DNA of 64,000 nt from Gammaproteobacteria bacterium (lineage in GTDB: Bacteria; Pseudomonadota; Gammaproteobacteria; Magnimaribacterales; D2472), in assembly GCA_045564015.1 (NCBI GenBank), contig JBJLIB010000015.1, forward strand, positions 1,913 through 65,912, written 5' to 3'. Within the stretch, counting starts at the first letter, position 1, and the number at the start of each line of letters is the position of its first letter. The notes below the pieces were generated by a model. The model saw only the letters and a list, made by a program, of their open reading frames with translations. It did not search any database and had not been told where the DNA came from. Both the position numbers and the translations under genes were made by a program. Below, in pieces: positions 58,430 through 64,000 of the stretch.

Positions 58430-58752
58430 GTGACAACGTCAAAGAAATTACATCTGCAAATTTTAATCAGGAAGTTTTAGAATCAGATATACCAGTTCTA
58501 ATTGATTTTTGGGCAGAATGGTGTGGTCCATGCAAACAACTTGCGCCTACAGTCGAAGAAGTTGCAGATGCGATGGTTGGTTCAGTAAAGGTTTGCAAAA
58601 TGGATGTAGATTCCAATCAGGATTTAGCAGTTCAATATGGGGTCAGATCAATCCCAACTCTTTTAATCTTTAAAAATGGTGAAGTAGCCTCAACTCAAAT
58701 AGGCGCTATCAGTAAGCAACAATTGGAGGATTTTATAGCAGCAGAAGTATAA
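58426..58752 (+). CDS. trxA: thioredoxin
   Basis: 108 aa with the WCGPCK active site. It lies upstream of rho as in other Gammaproteobacteria. Its ATGA start overlaps the hemB stop. Confidence 0.95.
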   Translation: MSDNVKEITSANFNQEVLESDIPVLIDFWAEWCGPCKQLAPTVEEVADAMVGSVKVCKMDVDSNQDLAVQYGVRSIPTLLIFKNGEVASTQIGAISKQQLEDFIAAEV

Positions 58753-58768
58753 AAACTTTGCATCTTAC

Positions 58769-58792
58769 GGGAAAAGGAATTATCATTTTCCC
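58769..58792 (+). terminator. hairpin GGGAAAA-N10-TTTTCCC between trxA and rho (weak terminator or attenuator candidate)
   Basis: A 7-bp perfect stem, read directly from the sequence. It begins 17 nt after the trxA stop. No strong U-tract follows (ATCTTAGCTTT). Confidence 0.3.
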
Positions 58793-58857
58793 ATCTTAGC
58801 TTTATAGCTACCTATCAAATCACAATCTTTTACTCCTAAACAACCAGAGAACAATTT

Positions 58858-60138
58858 ATGAATTTAACCGAAATGAAAGCCAAACCAATTAATGAATTGG
58901 TAGATATAGCCGAAAGTCTAGGAATTGAAGATGTTGGAAGGCTTAAAAAACAAGAAATTATTTTCCGCATATTTAAACAACAAGCCAAAGAAGGCGTAGA
59001 TATTTATGGTGGAGGTGTCTTAGAAATTTTAAATGATGGATTCGGCTTCTTAAGATCTCCTGAAGGATCTTATTGTTCGGGTCCAGATGATATTTATGTA
59101 TCTCCTAGCCAAGTTAGAAAATTTAGCCTCAGAAAAGGAGATGAAATTCATGGAAAAATTAGACCTCCAAAAGATAGCGAAAGATATTTTGCTTTGGTCT
59201 ACGTTGACACAATCAATAAAGAAGCTCCCGAAAAAACAAAAAAGAAAATTCTTTTTGAGAATTTAACACCTCTTTTTCCAACATCTCGCCTCACGCTTGA
59301 GCAGGGCAGTGGATCTGCTGAGGATCTTTCCTCAAGAATTATTGATCTTGCTTCGCCAATTGGAAAAGGACAACGTGGATTAATTGTATCCCCACCAAAA
59401 GCAGGTAAAACACTCATGCTTCAAAGCATCGCTCACTCAATTACTAAAAATAATCCTGAAGTTGAATTAATAGTATTGCTTATTGACGAACGACCGGAAG
59501 AAGTTACAGACATGTCTAGAACAGTCAGAGGTGAAGTTGTAGCAAGCACATTTGATGAGCCTCCTACAAGACATGTGCAAGTAGCTGACATGGTTATTGA
59601 AAAAGCTAAAAGACTAGTTGAGCACAAAAAAGATGTTGTGATTTTATTAGACTCTATTACTAGACTGGGTAGGGCATATAATTCGGTTCAGCCTGCCTCA
59701 GGCAAAATCCTTTCAGGTGGTGTTGATTCAAATGCTCTTGAGAGACCAAAAAGATTCTTTGGAGCAGCAAGAAATTTAGAGGAGGGCGGAAGTCTTACCA
59801 TTATTGCAACCGCTCTAGTAGAGACTGGCTCAAAAATGGATGAAGTGATTTATGAAGAGTTTAAGGGAACTGGGAACATGGAAATTCACTTAGAAAGAAA
59901 AATTGCTGAAAAGAGAATATACCCTGCTATCAATATTAGACGCTCAGGAACTAGAAGGGAGGATCTTCTTACCAGTCCTGAAGAATTGCAGAGAATGTTT
60001 ATTCTTAGAAAGATTCTGGATGACATGGAAGACTCTCAAGCAATTGAATTTTTAATTGAAAGATTGAAATCCTCCAAAACAAATGACGAATTCTTCAGCG
60101 CCATGAAAAGTGGCAATGGGAATGGAAAGAAGAAATAG
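58858..60138 (+). CDS. rho: transcription termination factor Rho
   Basis: 426 aa. It has the N-terminal [15 protein letters not shown]..., the RNA-binding GFGFLR, Walker A PPKAGKT and LIDERPEEV. Confidence 0.97.
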   Translation: MNLTEMKAKPINELVDIAESLGIEDVGRLKKQEIIFRIFKQQAKEGVDIYGGGVLEILNDGFGFLRSPEGSYCSGPDDIYVSPSQVRKFSLRKGDEIHGKIRPPKDSERYFALVYVDTINKEAPEKTKKKILFENLTPLFPTSRLTLEQGSGSAEDLSSRIIDLASPIGKGQRGLIVSPPKAGKTLMLQSIAHSITKNNPEVELIVLLIDERPEEVTDMSRTVRGEVVASTFDEPPTRHVQVADMVIEKAKRLVEHKKDVVILLDSITRLGRAYNSVQPASGKILSGGVDSNALERPKRFFGAARNLEEGGSLTIIATALVETGSKMDEVIYEEFKGTGNMEIHLERKIAEKRIYPAINIRRSGTRREDLLTSPEELQRMFILRKILDDMEDSQAIEFLIERLKSSKTNDEFFSAMKSGNGNGKKK

Positions 60139-60144
60139 TTTAGT

Positions 60145-60843
60145 TCAAGCTTCTGCTAAAGCTGCTTCAACCATTTCCTTATCATGAGGAGATTCTGATA
60201 AGACGCTATTTTTAAAACCGTACTCCTTCGCAAATCCTTCTATTCTCTCAGATGCAACAACCAAAACCACTTTTTGCTTTTGGTTAACTGGCAATTTTTT
60301 TATCAATACCTTTAAACTCTGATGAGTGTAGATCAAGATTACTAATTTATCTTTATCTCTAATTTGTGAAACATCAATATTTGTTTCGTCGTTAGATGCA
60401 TAACAAGGAAATGTATCTATATCTGCATCGGTCATAGTCATAATGCGAGGATTTTTCTCTCCACAAAAGACCAAACATTTTTTGTAACCCATTTCTTTAA
60501 TTACATTTGCTATACCAACTGAATTAAATGTTGGTGGAATTGTTGAGCTAAGATTAAATTTTTTAAGTGTTTTTTGAGTTGCCAGCCCAATCGCAAGAAT
60601 AGGCATATTTTTATTAGCAAGCAAAGCCTCTTGATAAAATTTAGCGCCACAGGTCACCGCTGATTGGCTAGTAAATATAACAACATCATAATCTTTAATA
60701 TTATCGATATGTTTCAAGGCCTCAGAAGGAGGTTGAGTTTTAACAATCTTGGTGAGTGGTATGTGAATAAAATTTTGCTTGGATTTTTCAAGCAAAGAAT
60801 TAGTATTTTGACTCAGATCTCCCGGCCTAGTATTTACAATCAT
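60145..60843 (-). CDS. hemD: uroporphyrinogen-III synthase
   Basis: 232 aa. It starts immediately after hemC (stop/start at 60844/60843). It shows the HEM4-like alternating pattern (VIFTSQSAV). The call rests mostly on synteny. Confidence 0.7.
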   Translation of the reverse strand: MIVNTRPGDLSQNTNSLLEKSKQNFIHIPLTKIVKTQPPSEALKHIDNIKDYDVVIFTSQSAVTCGAKFYQEALLANKNMPILAIGLATQKTLKKFNLSSTIPPTFNSVGIANVIKEMGYKKCLVFCGEKNPRIMTMTDADIDTFPCYASNDETNIDVSQIRDKDKLVILIYTHQSLKVLIKKLPVNQKQKVVLVVASERIEGFAKEYGFKNSVLSESPHDKEMVEAALAEA

Positions 60844-61755
60844 TTATTGTTGAATAATTTCTTTTGCACCATTGCGAATTAATGTCTCAATAAAACCTTT
60901 CAAAGCATCGGTTTTATTTTCTAGATTGAATCTGACTGCCTCATTATAAACTTCGGTTCCATCTTGATTTGAGACTCTAACTTTAAGCTCGGTATCTTTG
61001 CTACTGATTTTACATAGCGCAGAGATTGGTGATAAACAATTACCTTCCAAGGAAGCAACAATTTTTCTTTCAATTTCTGTAGCTTGATAAGTAGGTTGAT
61101 CATTGATCAATTTCAACAAATTGCGAATATCAGATTCCAACTCCATTGAATTAACTTCTATGCCAATTGCCCCTTGAGCTGCTGCTGGCAACATTTGATT
61201 TTCTGAAAATGCATACATGTTCGGATAAACGATTTCTAATCTATTTAATGCCGCTTTAGCCACAATCAAACCATCAAGGTTTTCAGCTTCTATTTTGTTA
61301 ATTCTGGTTTGAATATTTCCCCTTATCGGCACTATGTTTAATTCAGGGTTGATGGCGAGTAACTGAGATTTTCTTCTGGGTCCAGATGTTGCAATTTTTA
61401 GATTTTTTGACAAGTCATTGATAGTTAAGCCTTCTCTTAAAAGAAGAGCATCTCCATAATCCTCTCTTGGCAAAGTTGCCACAATGCTAAATTGAGAATC
61501 TATCATTGCAGGCACATCCTTTAAGCTGTGAACAGCTATGTCAGCCACCTTATTTGCTAGAGCAGTCTCTAACTTAGATACAAATAACCCTTTTCCACCA
61601 ATAGTATGCAAAGGTGCATCTGTAAGATCACCTTCTGATTCCATTTCAATAATCTCACAAATACACTCAGGATTAGATAGTTTAATCCGCTCTACGACTT
61701 CATTGGTTTGAAGCATTGCAAGTGGAGAGCGCCTAGTTGCTATTCTAATCTTCAT
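60844..61755 (-). CDS. hemC: hydroxymethylbilane synthase
   Basis: MKIRIATRRSPLAMLQT is the N-terminus. GNIQTR is present. The C-terminal domain carries the cofactor Cys (LEGNCLSPI). Confidence 0.9.
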   Translation of the reverse strand: MKIRIATRRSPLAMLQTNEVVERIKLSNPECICEIIEMESEGDLTDAPLHTIGGKGLFVSKLETALANKVADIAVHSLKDVPAMIDSQFSIVATLPREDYGDALLLREGLTINDLSKNLKIATSGPRRKSQLLAINPELNIVPIRGNIQTRINKIEAENLDGLIVAKAALNRLEIVYPNMYAFSENQMLPAAAQGAIGIEVNSMELESDIRNLLKLINDQPTYQATEIERKIVASLEGNCLSPISALCKISSKDTELKVRVSNQDGTEVYNEAVRFNLENKTDALKGFIETLIRNGAKEIIQQ

Positions 61756-62300
61756 TGTAAAATCATGAGCCTCACATCTCCAATGGTTTTATCTTTAAGA
61801 ATATCCTGAGTTTTACTCAATTCGAGCTCAGTATGCTTATTGGTTTCAAGAAAGACTTTACCACCTTCATTTAAAACATTACTTTGAAAGATTGTTCTAA
61901 TTAAAATTTTATAGTCAATCTGATCAAATGGAGGATCTAAAAAAATAATATCGAACTTTTGCTTATTTGTTTTAAGCCACTTGAAAGCATCACTGCACGC
62001 AGCTTGAATTTTATTGTCATAACCGAGATGACTAATATTTTTGACGATGTTTTTATACAAACTTTTTTCTTTCTCTACAAATGTGACATGTTGTGCGCCT
62101 CTTGATAAGGCCTCCAAACCTAAACCACCTGTGCCAGCAAATAAATCGAGACAAGATTTATTTTCTAATTCAAACTGAAGCCAACTAAATAAAGTTTCTT
62201 TTGCTCGATCGGAAGTTGGCCTTAAGGCGGGCGAAGCTTTAAAAACTATTCGATAGCTCTTGTGTCTACCTCCAATTATTCTTATGCTTGACGTGTTCAA
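61752..62300 (-). CDS. rsmD: 16S rRNA (guanine966-N2)-methyltransferase
   Basis: 182 aa. Motifs are IRIIGG, RPTSDRAKETLF, LDLFAGTGGLGLEALSRGA and the FLDPPF motif. Confidence 0.85.
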   Translation of the reverse strand: MNTSSIRIIGGRHKSYRIVFKASPALRPTSDRAKETLFSWLQFELENKSCLDLFAGTGGLGLEALSRGAQHVTFVEKEKSLYKNIVKNISHLGYDNKIQAACSDAFKWLKTNKQKFDIIFLDPPFDQIDYKILIRTIFQSNVLNEGGKVFLETNKHTELELSKTQDILKDKTIGDVRLMILQ

Positions 62301-62337
62301 TTTTTAAAATTTTTAAAGAGTATAAATTATAACGTCT

Positions 62338-62802
62338 ATGTCTAAAGAACAATTTATAATTGCAATGAGATTTTTAGCTTCTTCTGTTAGCGTTATCTCA
62401 ACAAAAGATCAATCTGGCAATTTATATGCTATGACAGCATCATCTGTAACCTCCTTAACTATTGATCCGCCATCAGTTTTAGTTTGTGTGAACAACGAAG
62501 CTAGTATTCATGATGTTCTGATTCCTGGAGCGGACTTATGCATCAATATTCTTCAAAAAAATCAGCAAGAGATCTCTAATTTATGTAGCTCAAAGCAACT
62601 TGAGTCTCATAGATTTGAAAATGATTTTTGGAATTCCAGTCACACTCCTTTCATCCAAAATGCTCAATCAAATATTTTTTGCAAAGTTGATGAAACGATT
62701 GCTTATCATACTCATAAAATTGTTATTGCAAGTGTTGAAAGCTCCCAAAGTGCAGATACATTTAACACCTTGATGTATGCAGATGGAGGATACCTAGATT
62801 AG
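62338..62802 (+). CDS. flavin reductase-like domain protein
   Basis: 154 aa. FIIAMRFLASSVSVIST...YAMTASSVTSLTIDPPSVLVCVN is typical of the Flavin_Reduct (HpaC/RutF-like) fold. Confidence 0.7.
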   Translation: MSKEQFIIAMRFLASSVSVISTKDQSGNLYAMTASSVTSLTIDPPSVLVCVNNEASIHDVLIPGADLCINILQKNQQEISNLCSSKQLESHRFENDFWNSSHTPFIQNAQSNIFCKVDETIAYHTHKIVIASVESSQSADTFNTLMYADGGYLD

Positions 62803-63207
62803 ATGAGATATTTATTTATTTTTTTACTTTCATGTTCATTGCATGCAATAGAATTATCACCAAGCACTGACAATGCTTCTGTGTATTTCATTTCTCCAAA
62901 TAATGGAGAATCTATCTCAGGAAAAATTAGAGTACGATTTGGTTTAGAAAACTTTGGTATTGCTCCAGCTGGAACTCAGATCATGCATACAGGGCATCAT
63001 CATTTAATTATCGATACCGATCTACCCCCACTCAACCTTCCAATACCAGCTGATAAAAATCATGTCCATTTTGGGAAGGGGCAAACAGAAGTTGAGATTG
63101 AGTTAAGCCCTGGAACTCACACACTTCAATTACTATTGGGTGATTTTCGCCATATTCCCCATAGTCCTCCAATCATTTCAAAGAGAATCACGGTTCAGGT
63201 AGATTAG
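62803..63207 (+). CDS. DUF4399-like secreted His-rich protein
   Basis: 134 aa with a signal peptide. The HTGHHHLIID motif and a later FGKGQTE..L..G.H.L match the DUF4399 family as I remember it. Its ATG directly follows the flavin reductase stop. Confidence 0.55.
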   Translation: MRYLFIFLLSCSLHAIELSPSTDNASVYFISPNNGESISGKIRVRFGLENFGIAPAGTQIMHTGHHHLIIDTDLPPLNLPIPADKNHVHFGKGQTEVEIELSPGTHTLQLLLGDFRHIPHSPPIISKRITVQVD

Positions 63208-63800
63208 AGTTCTAAGGAGTCAACAAGAAAAGATCTAAAATCTTTTTTCACTATGGACATAGCATCAGCCGCATTTGAGCCTATATCCGGATCTATTTTC
63301 ATATCTAATAAACCTACCAAGCCATGCATCATTGCCCAGAATTTTATACATTTTTTACCTAGGTCATCTTCAGATATTCCTGGAAATAGCTCTGTTAGAA
63401 TTTGTACTAGCTCATCAAATGCTCCTTGAGCAGCATTCAATAGCTCAGGAAATTCAACTTTATCAATGATTGGGCTATGCATTAGATCGTAAGTCTTTCT
63501 TTTCTCTAATCCAAATTCGAGATAGGCAAGCCCCATTTCAAGAAACCTATCTTTTGCAGATTTACTATTTTCTTTGTTAATTGCCAATCTCATTTTATCT
63601 GTTAAGTCTTCAAAACCTCTCCTTGATACTTCTGCAAGAAGACTTTCTTTTGTTTTAAAGTGCCTGTAGGGGGCTGTTTGCGATACATTAGCTTCTTTAG
63701 CAATAGATCTTAAGCTCATGTGATCATGACCATTAGCTTCACATATTATGCAAGCGCTAGAGATTAGCTCCTCTTTTAAATTGCCATGATGATATTTCAT
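63204..63800 (-). CDS. TetR/AcrR-family transcriptional regulator
   Basis: The HTH is MSLRSIAKEANVSQTAPYRHFKTKESLL. I place the start at the ATG at 63800 (MKYHHGNLKEEL, a typical family N-terminus). The ORF-track start at 63827 would bury an operator-like palindrome in the coding sequence. Confidence 0.85.
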   Translation of the reverse strand: MKYHHGNLKEELISSACIICEANGHDHMSLRSIAKEANVSQTAPYRHFKTKESLLAEVSRRGFEDLTDKMRLAINKENSKSAKDRFLEMGLAYLEFGLEKRKTYDLMHSPIIDKVEFPELLNAAQGAFDELVQILTELFPGISEDDLGKKCIKFWAMMHGLVGLLDMKIDPDIGSNAADAMSIVKKDFRSFLVDSLEL

Positions 63801-63808
63801 AATTTTTA

Positions 63809-63858
63809 ATGTTGACAGTGAATACATTAAATATATACTATGTTTACGCTGCTAACAT
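63809..63858. promoter_or_regulatory. two tandem operator-like sites (ATGTTGACAGTGAATACAT at 63809-63827; ATGTTTACGCTGCTAACAT at 63840-63858) in the TetR divergent spacer
   Basis: 16/19 and 15/19 positions are identical to the perfect palindrome at 6832-6850. Both keep the ATGT...ACAT ends at the same 19-bp span. They lie between the TetR gene and the divergent + strand gene. Confidence 0.5.
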
Positions 63859-63882
63859 TATTAGCATATCATATTAAATTTT

Positions 63883-64000
63883 ATGAAGAAATTTTTGAAC
63901 CTGTCACTCTTTTTACTTTTAGCATTTGATTTATCATCGAATGCATCTTTAGAAATTACAACGATTGAAATTCAAGACTCTTACAATACTATCCAGCGTT
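63883..64000 (+). CDS. secreted protein, 5' fragment. Possibly an efflux-pump periplasmic adaptor.
   Basis: ATG at 63883 gives MKKFLNLSLFLLLAFDLSSNASLEITTIEIQDSYNTIQR..., a signal peptide followed by a beta-strand-like segment. It is divergent from a TetR gene. The functional guess comes from context only. Confidence 0.3.
   Translation, partial: MKKFLNLSLFLLLAFDLSSNASLEITTIEIQDSYNTIQR

Overview
This is an AT-rich, very gene-dense chromosomal segment. By eye about 95% is coding, and the longest non-coding gap is about 200 bp. I support about 66 protein-coding genes. I found no rRNA, tRNA, CRISPR array, transposase, integrase or phage genes.

Several gene orders are typical of Gammaproteobacteria: trxA-rho, a dsbD-like gene followed by aroQ-accB-accC, rsfS-rlmH-mrdA-rodA-mltB-dacA, leuS...lptE-holA, hemC-hemD and parE-parC. 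Low GC, tiny spacers and many overlapping gene ends suggest a streamlined marine lineage such as SAR86. That assignment is inference only.

Most of the content is housekeeping: cell wall, haem, fatty-acid initiation, topoisomerase IV, Rho, and OxyR/KatG. There is also a small beta-glucoside locus made of a GPH symporter, a Gfo/Idh/MocA-AKR fusion protein and a PA14-containing GH3 enzyme.

**Best candidate for an undescribed system (3451-6884, minus strand).** Three translationally coupled genes encode a cytoplasmic ferritin-like di-iron oxygenase, an exported parallel beta-helix protein and an exported dihaem c-type cytochrome.
- The module has its own sigma70-like promoter.
- A perfect 19-bp palindrome, ATGTTTACA-N-TGTAAACAT, abuts the -10 element.
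- Close variants of this palindrome occur just upstream of tolC and twice in front of a TetR-family gene at the far end of the window. This suggests a single TetR regulon linking the unknown module to TolC-dependent efflux.
- An orphan CobS/CobT (AAA+/vWA) pair sits directly upstream.

**Other notable points.**
- leuS is broken into two overlapping ORFs by a one-nucleotide frame change.
- An unrecognised 374-aa gene is wedged into the normally contiguous leuS-lptE-holA cluster.
- A stand-alone DsbD N-terminal domain occupies the position where full-length dsbD normally sits.
- A type II (Staphylococcus/eukaryote-like) pantothenate kinase homologue is present.
- Convergent genes frequently overlap at their 3' ends.

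All calls rest on reading the supplied translations and the DNA by eye. No database search was run.
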